Positions 12,904-26,451 of a DNA stretch of 54,784 nt are shown here, piece after piece (the stretch's first letter is position 1; the number at the start of each line of letters is the position of its first letter). The DNA is from Callorhinchus milii (taxonomy: Eukaryota). Made by a program: the position numbers and the translations under genes. Below the pieces are notes generated by a model that made no database searches, had not been told where the DNA came from, and saw only the letters and a list, made by a program, of their open reading frames with translations. Where the stretch lies: positions 1 to 54,784 of the forward strand of contig NW_024705315.1 of assembly GCF_018977255.1 (NCBI RefSeq), in the 5' to 3' direction.

Positions 12904-15900
12904 GAGAGATTAGCATGATGTTGATGTGATAGATTAGCATGATGTTGATGTGAGGGATTAGCATGATGTTGATGTGATAGATTAGCATGATGTTGATGTG
13001 AGGGATTAGCATGATGTTGATGTGATTAGCATGATGTTGATGTGATAGATTAGCATGATGTTGATGTGAGGGATTAGCATGATGTTGATGTGATAGATTA
13101 GCATGATGTTGATGTGATAGATTAGCATGATGTTGATGTGAGGGATTAGCATGATGTTGATGTGATAGATTAGCATGATGTTGATGTGAGGGATTAGCAT
13201 GATGTTGATATGAGGGATTAGCATGATGTTGATGTGAGAGATTAGCATGATGTTGATGTGATAGATTAGCATGATGTTGATGTGAGGGATTAGCATGATG
13301 TTGATGTGAGAGATTAGCATGATGTTGATGTGATAGATTAGCATGATGTTGATATGAGGGATTAGCATGATGTTGATGTGATAGATTAGCATGATGTTGA
13401 TGTGAGGATTAGCATGATGTTGATGTGAGGGATTAGCATGATGTTGATGTGATTAGCATGATGTTGATGTGAGAGATTAGCATGATGTTGATGTGAGAGA
13501 TTAGCATGATGTTGATGTGAGGGATTAGCATGATGTTGATGTGAGAGATTAGCATGATGTTGATGTGAGAGATTAGCATGATGTTGATGTGAGAGATTAG
13601 CATGATGTTGATGTGAGAGATTAGTATGATGTTGATGTGATAGATTAGCATGATGTTGAAGTGATAGATTAGCATGATGTTGATGTGAGAGATTAGCATG
13701 ATGTTGATGTGAGAATTAGCATGATGTTGATGTGAGAGATTAGCATGATGTTGATGTGAGAGATTACATGATGTTGATGTGAGATTTAGCATGATGTTGA
13801 TGTGATAGATTAGCATGATGTTGATTTGAGAGATTAGCATGATGTTGATGTGATAGATTAGCATGATGTTGATGTGAGGATTAGCATGATGTTGATGTGA
13901 TAGATTAGCATGATGTTGATGTGATAGATTAGCATGATGTTGATGTGAGAGATTAGCATGATGTTGATGTGAGAGATTAGCATGATGTTGATATGAGGGA
14001 TTAGCATGATGTTGATGTGAGAGATTAGCATGATGTTGATGTGAGGGATTAGCATGATGTTGATGTGAGAGATTAGCATGATGTTGATGTGATAGATTAG
14101 CATGATGTTGATGTGAGGATTAGCATGATGTTGATGTGAGAGATTAGCATGATGTTGATGTGATAGATTAGCATGATGTTGATGTGATAGATTAGCATGA
14201 TGTTGATGTGAGAGATTAGCATGATGTTGATGTGAGATTAGCATGATGTTGATGTGAGGATTAGCATGATGTTGATGTGAGAGATTAGCATGATGTTGAT
14301 GTGAGAGATTAGCATGATGTTGATGTGAGAGATTAGCATGATGTTGATGTGATGAGAATTAGCATGATGTTGATGTGAGAGATTAGCATGATGTTGATAT
14401 GAGGGATTAGCATGATGTTGATGTGAGAGATTAGCATGATGTTGATGTGAGAGATTAGCATGATGTTGATGTGAGAGATTAGCATGATGTTGATGTGATA
14501 GATTAGCATGATGTTGATGTGATAGATTAGCATGATGTTGATGTGAGAGGATTAGCATGATGTTGATGTGAGGGATTAGCATGATGTTGATGTGAGGGAT
14601 TAGCATGATGTTGATGTGATAGATTAGCATGATGTTGATGTGAGGGATTAGCATGATGTTGATGTGAGAGATTAGCATGATGTTGATGTGAGAGATTAGC
14701 ATGATGTTGATGTGATAGATTAGCATGATGTTGATGTGAGAGATTAGCATGATGTTGATGTGAGAGATTAGCATGATGTTGATGTGAGAGATTAGCATGA
14801 TGTTGATGTGAGAGATTAGCATGATGTTGATGTGATAGATTAGCATGATGTTGATGTGAGAGATTAGCATGATGTTGATTGAGAGATTAGCATGATGTTG
14901 ATGTGAGAGATTAGCATGATGTTGATGTGAGAGATTAGCATGATGTTGATGTGAGAGATTAGCATGATGTTGAGTGATGATTAGCATGATTGATGTGAGA
15001 GATTAGCATGATGTTGATGTGAGAGATTAGCATGATGTTGATGTGAGAGATTAGCATGATGTTGATGTGAGAGATTAGCATGATGTTGATGTGAGAGATT
15101 AGCATGATGTTGATGTGAGAGATTAGCATGATGTTGATGTGAGGATTAGCATGATGTTGATGTGAGGATTAGCATGATGTTGATGTGAGAGATTAGCATG
15201 ATGTTGATGTGAGAGATTAGCATGATGTTGATGTGAGAGATTAGCATGATGTTGATGTGAGAGATTAGCATGATGTTGATGAGAGAGATTAGCATGATGT
15301 TGATGTGAATTAGCATGATGTTGATGTGAGAGATTAGCATGATGTTGATGTGATAGATTAGCATGATGTTGATGTGAGAGATTAGCATGATGTTGATGTG
15401 AGAGATTAGCATGATGTTGATGTGATGTGAGGATTAGCATGATGTTGATGTGAGGATTAGCATGATGTTGATGTGAGAGATTAGCATGATGTTGATGTGA
15501 GAGATTAGCATGATGTTGATGTGAGAGATTAGCATGATGTTGATGTGAGAGATTAGCATGATGTTGATGTGAGGATTAGCATGATGTTGATGTGATAGAT
15601 TAGCATGATGTTGATGTGAGAGATTAGCATGATGTTGATGTGATAGATTAGCATGATGTTGATGTGATAGATTAGCATGATGTTGATGTGAGAGATTAGC
15701 ATGATGTTGATGTGATAGATTAGCATGATGTTGATGTGAGGGATTAGCATGATGTTGATGTGATGGATTAGCATGATGTTGATGTGATAGATTAGCATGA
15801 TGTTGATGTGATATATACATGATGTTGATGTGAGGGATTAGCATGATGTTGATGTGAGAGATTAGCATGATGTTGATGTGAGAGATTAGCATGATGTTGA

Positions 15901-18735
15901 TGTGAGAGATTAGCATGATGTTGATGTGATAGATTAGCATGATGTTGATGTGATGATTAGCATGATGTTGATGTGAATGGATTAGCATGATGTTGATGTG
16001 ATAGATTAGCATGATGTTGATGTGAGAGATTAGCATGATGTTGATGTGATAGATTAGCATGATGTTGATGTGAGAGATTAGCATGATGTTGATGTGAGAG
16101 ATTAGCATGATGTTGATGTGAGAGATTAGCATGATGTTGATGTGAGAGATTAGCATGATGTTGATGTGATAGATTAGCATGATGTTGATGTGAGAGATTA
16201 GCATGATGTTGATGTGAGGATTAGCATGATGTTGATGTGATAGATTAGCATGATGTTGATGTGAGAGATTAGCATTGATGTTGATGTGATGAGATTAGCA
16301 TGATGTTGATGTGAGAGATTAGCATGATGTTGATGTGAGATTAGCATGATGTTGATGTGAGATTAGCATGATGTTGATGTGATAGATTAGCATGATGTTG
16401 ATGTGAGAGATTAGCATGATGTTGATGTGATAGATTAGCATGATGTTGATGTGAGAGATTAGCATGATGTTGATGTGATAGATTAGCATGATGTTGATGT
16501 GAGAGATTAGCATGATGTTGATGTGAGAGATTAGCATGATGTTGATGTGAGGGATTAGCATGATGTTGATGTGAGAGATTAGCATGATGTTGATGTGAAG
16601 ATTAGCATGATGTTGATGTGAGAGATTAGCATGATGTTGATGTGAGAGATTAGCATGATGTTGATGTGAGAGATTAGCATGATGTTGATGTTGATGTGAG
16701 AGATTAGCATGATGTTGATGTGAGAGATTAGCATGATGTTGATGTGAGGGATTAGCATGATGTTGATGTGATAGATTAGCATGATGTTGATGTGAGAGAT
16801 TAGCATGATGTTGATGTGAGAGATTAGCATGATGTTGATGTGAAAGATTAGCATGATGTTGATGTGAGAGATTAGCATGATGTTGATGTGAGAGATTAGC
16901 ATGATGTTGATGTGAGAGATTAGCATGATGTTGATGTGAGTAGATTAGCATGATGTTGATGTGATAGATTAGCATGATGTTGATGTGAGAGATTAGCATG
17001 ATGTTGATGTGAGAGATTAGCATGATGTTGATGTGAGAGATTAGCATGATGTTGATGTGAGAGATTAGCATGATGTTGATGTGAGAGATTAGCATGATGT
17101 TGATGTGAGAGATTAGCATGATGTTGATGTGAGAGATTAGCATGATGTTGATGTGATAGATTAGCATGATGTTGATGTGAGAGATTAGCATGATGTTGAT
17201 GTGAGAGATTAGCATGATGTTGATGTGAGAGATTAGCATGATGTTGATGTGAGGGATTAGCATGATGTTGATGTGATAGATTAGCATGATGTTGATGTGA
17301 GAGATTAGCATGATGTTGATGTGAGAGATTAGCATGATGTTGATGTGAGGATTACATGATGTTGATGTGAGAGATTAGCATGATGTTGATGTGAGGATTA
17401 GCATGATGTTGATGTGATAGATTAGCATGATGTTGATGTGAGAGATTAGCATGATGTTGATGTGAGAGATTAGCATGATGTTGATGTGAGGATTAGCATG
17501 ATGTTGATGTGAGGGATTAGCATGATGTTTTGAATGTGAGAGGATTAGCATGATGTTGATGTGATAGATTAGCATGATGTTGATGTGATAGATTAGCATG
17601 ATGTTGATGTGAGGATTAGCATGATGTTGATGTGAGGGATTAGCATGATGTTGATGTGAAGATAGCATGATGTTGATGTGAGAGATTAGCATGATGTTGA
17701 TGTGAGAGATTAGCATGATGTTGATGTGAGAGATTAGCATGATGTTGATGTGAGGGATTAGCATGATGTTGATGTGATAGATTAGCATGATGTTGATGTG
17801 ATAGATTAGCATGATGTTGATGTGAGAGATTAGCATGATGTTGATGTGAGAATTAGCATGATGTTGATGTGAGAGATTAGCATGATGTTGATGTGAGAGA
17901 TTAGCATGATGTTGATGTGATAGTTGGTGTTATGTATTTGTGTTTGATGTGAGATTAGCATGATGTTGATGTGAGGGATTAGCATGATGTTGATGTGAGT
18001 GGATTAGCATGATGTTGATGTGAGAGATTAGCATGATGTTGATGTGATAGATTAGCATGATGTTGATGTGAGAGATTAGCATGATGTTGATGTGATAGAT
18101 TAGCATGATGTTGATGTGAGAGATTAGCATGATGTTGATGTGATAGAATGGATTAGCATGATGTTGATGTGAGAGATTAGCATGATGTTGATGTGATAGA
18201 TTAGCATGATGTTGATGTGATAGATTAGCATGATGTTGATGTGAGGGATTAGCATGATGTTGATGTGAGAGATTAGCATGATATTGATGTGAGGGATTAG
18301 CATGATGTTTGGATGTGAGGGATTAGCATGATGTTGATGTGAGAGGATTAGCATGATGTTGATGTGAGAGATTAGCATGATGTTGATGTGATAGATTAGC
18401 ATGATGTTGATGTGATAGATTAGCATGATGTTGATGTGAGAGATTAGCATGATGTTGATGTGAGAGATTAGCATGATGTTGATGTGATAGATTAGCATGA
18501 TGTTGATGTGATATATTAACATGATGTTGATGTGAGGGATTAGCATGATGTTGGTGTGGGGATTAGCATGATGTTGATGTGAGGGATTAGCATGATGTTG
18601 ATGTGATGGATTAGCATGATGTTGATGTGAGGGATAAGCATGATGTTGATGTGAGAGATTAGCATGATGTTGATGTGAGAGATTAGCATGATGTTGATGT
18701 GAGGGATTAGCATGATATTGATGTGAGGATTAGCA
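12904..18735. repeat. 24-bp tandem satellite (GATTAGCATGATGTTGATGTGAGA)n, roughly 240 copies
   Basis: Highly homogeneous array, varying mostly at the GAGA/GATA/GAGG position. The MLISHINI-repeat ORFs are artefacts of the 24-bp period. Confidence 0.97.
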
Positions 18736-19099
18736 CGTGAGCATGAGAGATCTAAGAGAGAGGCATAGAGAGACGCAGAGAGTCGAAAATAACAGCTGAC
18801 ATAGGCAGGTTGGATGGAAACATCACAGTCAGTTAAGACTTTTCCTGGTTAATAACGTCCTTCCAACGATTGCTCAGTTTGTACCCATCCTCTCGGTTAA
18901 TACCGCGTTTTTTAAATCTTTGGTTCTTTCGGTAAAGTCACGTATAAAGAGGAAATAATGAATAAAATACTAGCATACGACGTTTCGAGAGTCGGCGAAC
19001 ACAACAGTCAACACCCTACCTGGTTGATGACGCTCTTGCAGAGAATGCTAAATCTGAAGTGAAGTGTGAAATGTGAAAGTCTCAGACGCGAAGACGCGC

Positions 19100-19362
19100 G
19101 GAGTGAAACCGTGACGGACTGACAGCCACGGGATGGCTGAGACAGCCTCGACGTTTGTATTCGCTGTGCGGCGTTGTATGACGTCACGTGCCGCGCTCGT
19201 CTTGTTTCAAATACAAATGACGTCACGGGGTACATGACGTCATCAGCGACCGAGTGACGTCACGCGACGCGGGCGTTCGTGGGGGGCGGGGGGGACAAAA
19301 AGGGCGGGAAATTCGCAGCCGCAATGGCGGCGCACAGAGGGGAGAGGGAGGAGGAGACGGCG
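19100..19362 (+). promoter_or_regulatory. CpG-island promoter with four perfect CRE sites and GC boxes, with a possible first coding exon
   Basis: TGACGTCA at 19179, 19218, 19235 and 19255; GGGGCGGGG at ~19283. gccgcaATGGCGGCG at 19324 gives MAAHRGEREEETA, followed by GTGAGA at 19363. Confidence 0.55.
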
Positions 19363-19708
19363 GTGAGAGCGACTCCCTCGCCTCCGTCAGCGCGATCAGT
19401 CCACCGCCTCACGACCCCTCTCTGTCTGCCTCTCTCTCTCTCTGCGTGCGAGTCTGTGTAAGGGTTCACGACCTGTATCCCACCTGGAGGAATCCGATGA
19501 GCCGTGAAGCTCTTTGTCGCACCCCCCAGTGACCCGTTCTTCCGCTGCGGTGGTGGCCGCCTACCCAGCAGCCCGCTCCAGCCCGCAGTGGCCGAGTCTC
19601 TGCTCGCCGCAGGCAGGGACAGCAACTTGGCGAGCAGCTGCGGTTGGCTTCGTGCCCCTCCTCCTCCTGCTGCTGCTGCTGCTGCTGAGGGGAAACACGT
19701 TCACGACT

Positions 19709-20078
19709 CGTCTTCTTGGTTCTTTCGGTGAAGTCACGTAGAAGGGATGTAATAAAATAATAAAAATAAAACATGATAAAATATTATATTATTTTATTAT
19801 GTTTTGTTTTTATTAATAATTAAAATAAAACATAATAAAATATATTATTTTAATAAAATATATTATTTTATTATGTTTTGTTTTTTATTAATATAAAAAT
19901 AAAACATAATAAAATAATATTTTATGATGTTTTGTTTTTATTAATAATAAAAATAAAACAAAATATTATATTATTTTATTATGTTTTGTTTGTATTATTT
20001 TATTACATCCCTTCTACGTGACTTTACTGAAAGAACCAAGAAGATGAATCCCTGCAGTCACGAAAGCTTTAAATCGAA
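19709..20078. mobile_element. Fold-back (inverted) Penelope pLTR-tail insertion with AT-rich centre
   Basis: tcttcttggttctttcggtgaagtcacgtagaaggg at 19711 has its reverse complement at ~20008-20045, extended to agtcacgaaagctttaaat. The 10-bp TSD GTTCACGACT is at 19699-19708 and 20079-20088. Confidence 0.8.
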
Positions 20079-20334
20079 GTTCACGACTGCCGCTGCTGCG
20101 ATGGCTGCTGTGGGAACGCGGCGCTCCAAACCTCCTCCCCAGAGACGCGGACGGCTGCTGAGCAGGAGACGAACTCTGCCCTCCGTGGCCCCGCGGTCGC
20201 AGTCAACTTTCGCCTTGAACGCAATCGGTGGGAGTGTGGGCAGAGCCGTCAACCCCTGAGCAGCGCCCCACCTCATCGCGGGCCCGTTGGGACCCACACA
20301 GTCCCAGCAGATGGGAGGAACACTAACAAATATT

Positions 20335-21590
20335 GTAACTAGTACAACTACTACTGTTACTACCACACTAGTATAACTAGTACAACTACTACTGTTACTA
20401 CCACACTAGTATAACTAGTACAACTACTACCAGAGTGGACAAAGTCATTGTTATGCAAGTCCAAGTCGAGTCTGAAGTCATCAAATTCATGACTCGAGTC
20501 TGACTCGAGTCCAAGTCACATGACTCGAGTCCACACCTCTGACTACTACTGTTACTACCACACTAGTATTATAACTAGTATAACTACTACTGTTACTACC
20601 ACATTGTTAGTTATAACTAGTACAACTACTACTGTTACTACCACACTAGTATAACTACTACTGTTACTACCACTATTATAACTAGTATAACTACTACTGT
20701 TACTACCACACCGTAGTGTTATTATAACTAGTATAACTACTACTGTTACTACCACACTGTATTATTATAACTAGTATAACTACTACTGTTACTACCACAT
20801 CGTAGTGTTGTTATAACTAGTATAACTAGTACTGTTACTACCACTGTAGTGTTATTATAACTAGTATAACTACTACTGTTACTACCACATCGTAGTGTTA
20901 TAACTAGTATAACTACTGTTACTACCACACCTAGTGTATTATAACTAGTATAACTACTACTGTTACCACATTGTAGTGTTATAACTAGTATAACTACTAC
21001 TGTTACTACCACACTAGTATAACTAGTACAACTACTACTGTTACTACACCATAGTGTTATAACTAGTACAACTACTACTGTTACTACCACACCGTAGTGT
21101 TATTATAACTAGTATAACTACTACTGTTACTACCACACATAGTGTTATAACTAGTATAACTACTACTGTTACTACCACATCGTAGTGTTATAACTAGTAT
21201 AACTACTACTGTTACTACCACATCGTAGTGTTATAACTAGAATAACTACTACTGTTACTACCACATCGTAGTGTTATAACTAGTATACCTACTACTGTTA
21301 CCACCACACCGTAGTGTTGTTATAACTAGTATAACTACTGTTACTACCACACTGTAGTATTATTATAACTAGTATAACTACTACTGTTACTACCACACTA
21401 GTATTATAACTAGTATAACTACTACTGTTACTACCACACTGTAGTGTTATAACTAGTATAACTACTACTGTTACTACCACACTAGTGTTATTATAACTAG
21501 TATAACTACTGCTGTTACTGCCATACCGTAGTATTATAACTAGTATAACTACTGCTGTTACTAACACCGCAGTGCTATTATTACTACTGT
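20335..21590. repeat. ~30-42-bp minisatellite (GTGTTATAACTAGTATAACTACTACTGTTACTACCACAC-like)
   Basis: Tandem units each containing ACTAGT and ACTACTACTG. Confidence 0.93.
20431..20541. mobile_element. Short hAT-type MITE (111 bp)
   Basis: Termini CAGAGTGGAC ... GTCCACACCTCTG, internal GACTCGAGTC palindromes, and an exact 8-bp TSD ACTACTAC (20423-20430, 20542-20549). Confidence 0.8.
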
Positions 21591-23574
21591 TAGTACAGCA
21601 CTACCGTTTAGCCGCATCACACGTGTACACTCACGTATATACTCGTACACACGTGTACGCTCAACAACAACAGCCGCCATACCCCACTAAGTGGGTGACG
21701 TCACCAAGGTGCCAGGCTAGGTGCACTTGAGGCCACGTGAAGTGTCGAAGGTTCACTGACACGAGGTCACGGGACATACCCAGATGCCATGGGTTGACTG
21801 AGATGCCTGGTGGATGCACCAGCTGTGTCCTTTACTGCGCCAACTTGCTGCATTTTAGCCACCCAGCACTTCGTTCATTGTTGTGAGCGCCGCTCCTCTG
21901 CCCTGAGTTGTTTTTGGAGTGCGACTGCCTCCAACTGCCCAGTAGCGTCTTTGACAAGCCTCCTCCATAGAGGTCGATCTTGACACCGCTGGTACCGATC
22001 TTCAGCAAGTCCACTCAGCTCCACATCCTCCCGTACTGCATCAGTCCATCTCTACTCCAGCCCGCTTCTTGCACCTTTTAACCTCTCTAACTGGACAAAC
22101 AGAAACAGCTTGGGCATGAGGTGGTTTGGCATGAGGGCTACATGACCTAGTGAATGCAGCGTTGCCTGCTGGAGGAGCTCATTGATGGGACTGTCGCGGT
22201 CTTTCACGGATTTGTGAGCTCCTCACACAATCCATCCTGGTTAAACCAAGGATGGATCGTAAGCAGGCCAGCCTAAATCTCACCAGCGCCACTAAGTGGC
22301 GGTGACGTCACCACGACGCTTGTGCCAGGCTATGTGCACCTTGAGGCCACACACACGTGCACACTTGTACATTTACACACTTGCACACACGTGCACACTC
22401 GCACACATGTACACACGGAAAGACAAAGGTCTTGTAGCCTACACAGAATATTAGGTCAAGTGCGCACCTATCAAGGAGGGCACTGCACACAAGGGAGGTG
22501 GTGTGACCAGCGCCATGGCCGGCTGCCTTCGTCTCCCCCGTGCTGACGTTCACTACACGCCACACCAGGTTCTCGTATTCATCTGAATCTAAGTTGGTAA
22601 ATTTGTAAATGCCCAACTATTATAAGCCAGGTGGTCACGAGAAGCGCACAGGGAGATGGTAATCGGTTCTGATGTTTGCTGTCGCCATTCTTAACCGCGA
22701 GTTTGACTCCAACTTGGCTCGCCGGGTCAGTAGCGAGGTGCGCTATCCGCTACGTGATGCCGCATCAGTTTCTGTAACAGTTGTTGCCGCTACTGCTCGT
22801 ACCCGTCGCCCTCATCATCGTCCTCCCCGCCGTCGTTGTTACCGTGCAGAGACCCGGCATCCCGTCTGGCGGCCGCCCACAGCGGACGTCCCCTTACTTC
22901 CAGACCCTCGCCGTGGCCGACTCGCAGCGCCAGCGCCCGAGCCGGCCTCCCTGAGCTCGCGGAGGATCTCGACCTTATTACAGTTGGCCAACTCGGAATT
23001 GGAGCTGGGGCAAACGTCTCCAAGTCAGCAGCCTCTCACCACCGGTGTGACGGTTCAGAACTGGTTTCTACTGCATTGCACACAATACCCGCTTGACCAC
23101 TCGATGTCCGATCACGGCCACGATGCACCACTCCGCTACTGCTTATGCAATCATCTGGCTCGACCACCTCTATCCAATCAGAGCAGTCTACATCGGCCGC
23201 TTGAACTGCCACCCATGTGCCCACCTCTTCCTGCCTGTCGATTGCCTTCAACCCTTATGGCTTTGAATACACCACACAATTTCATTGGCTCTGAGAGAGT
23301 AAGCAGGCCTGGGCTTTGTGCTTAGATGGGAGACTCCCTGGGAATACCGGGTGTTGTGGGCTTAGGCCACAAGGCGACTAGTCGAAGGCGTGCATCGATG
23401 GATTCTTGATTCCATCTATCCTTGTCATTGAGGTGCATCCTCTTCGTATTCGTGACGTTCTACTTGGTACCGTTTCCTCCCACATGCACCACTCAATGCA
23501 ATTGGCCAAACATTCCAATGTAGCAGGAGCCTCCTGATAATGTCTTGAGACTCAGTAAGGCTCTCCTGCTTGGT

Positions 23575-24247
23575 TTACACCACGCGAACGACTGCGGCTG
23601 TTGATCGCGCAGCTCCCACCGCGACGATCCCCTCCACGCTGTCCGTGGCTCCCCCTCTCACCGCAGCCTTGCCCAACCGCAAGGTGAGCTGTGCGACTGC
23701 TGCCAGTAGTTGGTCAGCCATCCCATCACCTCGCTCCACCCCTCCATGATTTGTAGCTGCTGTCGGTCGCCCCCCCCCCCCCCTCGTTGCCACCGCAGCT
23801 TCCTCTTCACCTACGGGGTTGTTGACCGGGACCCCGCCTCCCGGGGCTGACTGAAGGCGGGTCTCCCCCTCGTCCTCTCCTTCGTCAAAGGTCGTCTCAG
23901 GTGGGTTCTTCCCTCGGTTATACCGTGACATGATGGTACCCCACTTCTGACACCAGTTGTAATGACCCCAGGAGACACGTTTCTTGTCGGTGATCTTCAT
24001 TGAAGGCACGAACACTTGACAGGCGAAGACCCCGGCTTCAGCAGCCCCGAGCCTCTCGTTTTCAACACGTTTTATCCTATGCGTGGCCATCCCTTAAACC
24101 GTGACCACGCCCCCTCTCTAGAACCTTCTCGATGGCTCTTGGTCCCTGATCCACACCTGCTCCCTTCTGTCACTTGGCCACAGCCTTATTCTCGATCCTT
24201 CTCGTAGACCGCAGATCGTTCACCCTGTTCATTAACCTGTCATTACA
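23575..24247 (-). mobile_element. Ty3/Gypsy-type LTR retrotransposon 5' remnant (LTR, tRNA-Leu PBS, start of gag-like ORF)
   Basis: 290-bp LTR 23958-24247 with termini TGTAATGAC...GTCATTACA. PBS TGGTGTCAGAAGTGG (23941-23955, -) is followed by MSRYNRGKNPPETT... The internal remnant may extend further left. No partner LTR was found. Confidence 0.75.
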
Positions 24248-24284
24248 CCCTGTGACCGCTAGTCCCCTGTACTGTCTTTACACA

Positions 24285-24940
24285 TGCATCCATCCACCCA
24301 ATCACAAAAAAACTAACTTACCAACTCAATCATCCACTCACTGATCTATTCACTCACGCACGACTCACTCAGAAATTCACTGACCAACCCACTCATTCAA
24401 TTTCTCACCTACTCACCCACTCATGCACAGATGTACCACTCACCCACTCCCTCACCTACTCACTCATACTCACGCAGCCACTCGCTCAACCACTCACTCA
24501 CACTCTCTCATCCACCCATCATCACTCATTCACCCATTTATCTACTCAATAATTAACTCACAGACTCACTCACTCACAAACGCACGCAAAAAAAAAACAC
24601 GACACGAACACGTAAACACACATACAAAAACAAAGACCCCCCGTATAGCCTTAACAGATTGTTGGGGGCAAGTGCTGTTCATGAGCACCTACAGTATGAA
24701 TACCAGCACAAAACACGAGAGGGTGGGTGGCCAGCACCACGCACGGCCGCCTTGGTCTCACTAGTGGCCATGTTTTCACACCATTCTAGGTACTCATTTG
24801 AGACTACACTACACACTCACTCGCACAAACTTACTCTCACAAACTCACACCACACACACTCTCACAAACTCTCGCAAACTTTCTCACACTCAATGACTCA
24901 TTCAAATTTACACAAGCTCACTCTCACAAACTCACACACA
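24285..24940. repeat. Degenerate (ACTC/CACT)n low-complexity tract
   Basis: actcac/cactca-rich sequence, paralogous in character to 48440-50110. Confidence 0.75.
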
Positions 24941-25017
24941 AAGACATACATTCCGTGTATGGGATTTACCGTATAGCCTGAAGAAACTGTATGGGTAAGT
25001 GCTGTTAGAAATCACCT

Positions 25018-25145
25018 AGGGTTCAGTGTTACTCACTGACGCTCCCGTAGAGTCCAGTGTTCCTCACTGACACTCCAATAGGGTTCGGTGTTACTTACTG
25101 ACGCTCCCATATAGTTCAGTGTGACTCACTGGAGCTCCCATAGGT
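25018..25145. repeat. 31-bp minisatellite (AGGGTTCAGTGTTACTCACTGACGCTCCCAT-like), ~4 copies
   Basis: Tandem units; a related array is at 50130-50335. Confidence 0.75.
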
Positions 25146-25778
25146 TTCAGAATTACTCACACAAACATCCATACTCAGAGACCCATAGATTCCAACAGAC
25201 ATCCATAGACTCCAACACACACACACATAGACTCATACAGAGACCCATAGCCTCACACAGAGATACAGAGATCCATACATTCAAAGAGACCCAAAAACTC
25301 ACACCGAAATCCATAGATTCGTACAGAGGCCAATAAGAATAAAAATAAAAAGTATTTATTTTGTACTGAAGGAATCTAACGAGCAATAAAGATCTTTTTC
25401 ACAGATGAGCAGTCAGGCGGGTCAAATGTAACAACAAAATAGAATACAAAACACGACAGGAGAGGTAAACAAATTATTTACAAATATACAAATGAAACTA
25501 AACAATTTTTTTTCTCTTACCACGGCTAAACCTCGAAACACCTAACCCTCTAAACCTATAACCCTCTAAACCCATAACCTTCTAAACCATAAAACTCTAC
25601 CCTTAACCCTCTCATCCTCAAAACCGTAACTTTCTAAAACTCTCAATCCCTAACCTAAATCCCAAACCATCAAAACCCCAACCCTCTGAAACACCTAACC
25701 TTCTCTAAACCCGTATTACCCTAAAATACTAACCCTCTCAACATCTAACTCTTTAAACCCTCAACTCTCTAATCCCCT

Positions 25779-25945
25779 TAATAAAGGGTTTTGGGGGTAA
25801 GTTCATGTAAATGTCAATGCGTCATTACACCCACCACCACCCGACAGCCAATTAGTACATTTTATCACGTGACCAAAAAATGACAATTTGTTTCTACTTT
25901 AGAACACCGCTGTGTTGGAGACTAACAAAAAAAAACCTTTTATTA
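25779..25945. mobile_element. ~170-bp element with terminal inverted repeats (MITE-like), copy 1
   Basis: TAATAAAGGGTTTT ... AAAACCTTTTATTA. The internal sequence aligns with 27020-27094 plus 29755-29850 and with 50583-50757. Confidence 0.65.
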
Positions 25946-26451
25946 CAGATAATATTAAGTGTAGGTGTTAAACCCTCTCATCCCTGGCCCTCTAACCCCT
26001 TAACCTTGAAAATCCTCAAATCCATAACCTTCTAAATCCCTAATTCCCTAAACACCCCGAAATATCTAAACTCATAAACCAATAACCTTATAAACGACTA
26101 AACTCCTAAACCTCTAACAATCGAAATCCATAAACCCTCGACACCTCTAAATACCTAACTTTCTAAACCCCCTAACCATCTAAACCCCTCACCATCTAAA
26201 ACACGAACCCTCAAAACACCTAACCTAACCCTCTAAACCCCTTTACCCTTAAAACTCTAACCCTCTAAACCCCTAACCCTCTAAACCCCGAACCCTCTAA
26301 ACCCTAACTATTTCAACCCCTAACCTTCTAAACCTTTAAAAAGCAACCCTCTAAACACCTAACCATCTAAACCCCTAACCTCAAACTCTAACCTTCTAAA
26401 ATGCTAAATCCCCAACCTTCTAAATCCCATCTAAACTCCAATCCTCTAAAC

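Larger units (their letters stand above)
12636..18990 (-). mobile_element. Penelope-like element 3' remnant (ORF end + pseudo-LTR with hammerhead), split by a 24-bp satellite
   Basis: 18836-18900 (-) encodes NREDGYKLSNRWKDVINQEK, matching the end of the Penelope ORF at 29274. 12636-12830 matches the pLTR at 27105-27290. A second tail fragment is at ~18913-18986. Confidence 0.8.

Noticed and set aside
13006..18546. Long ORFs of MLISHINI / SHQHHANL repeats
   Set aside because: They are by-products of a stop-free 24-bp satellite with frequent frame-breaking indels. There are no splice signals or unique coding flanks.
12904..18735. CRISPR-like array
   Set aside because: The repeats are head-to-tail with no unique spacers, there are no cas genes, and the context is eukaryotic.
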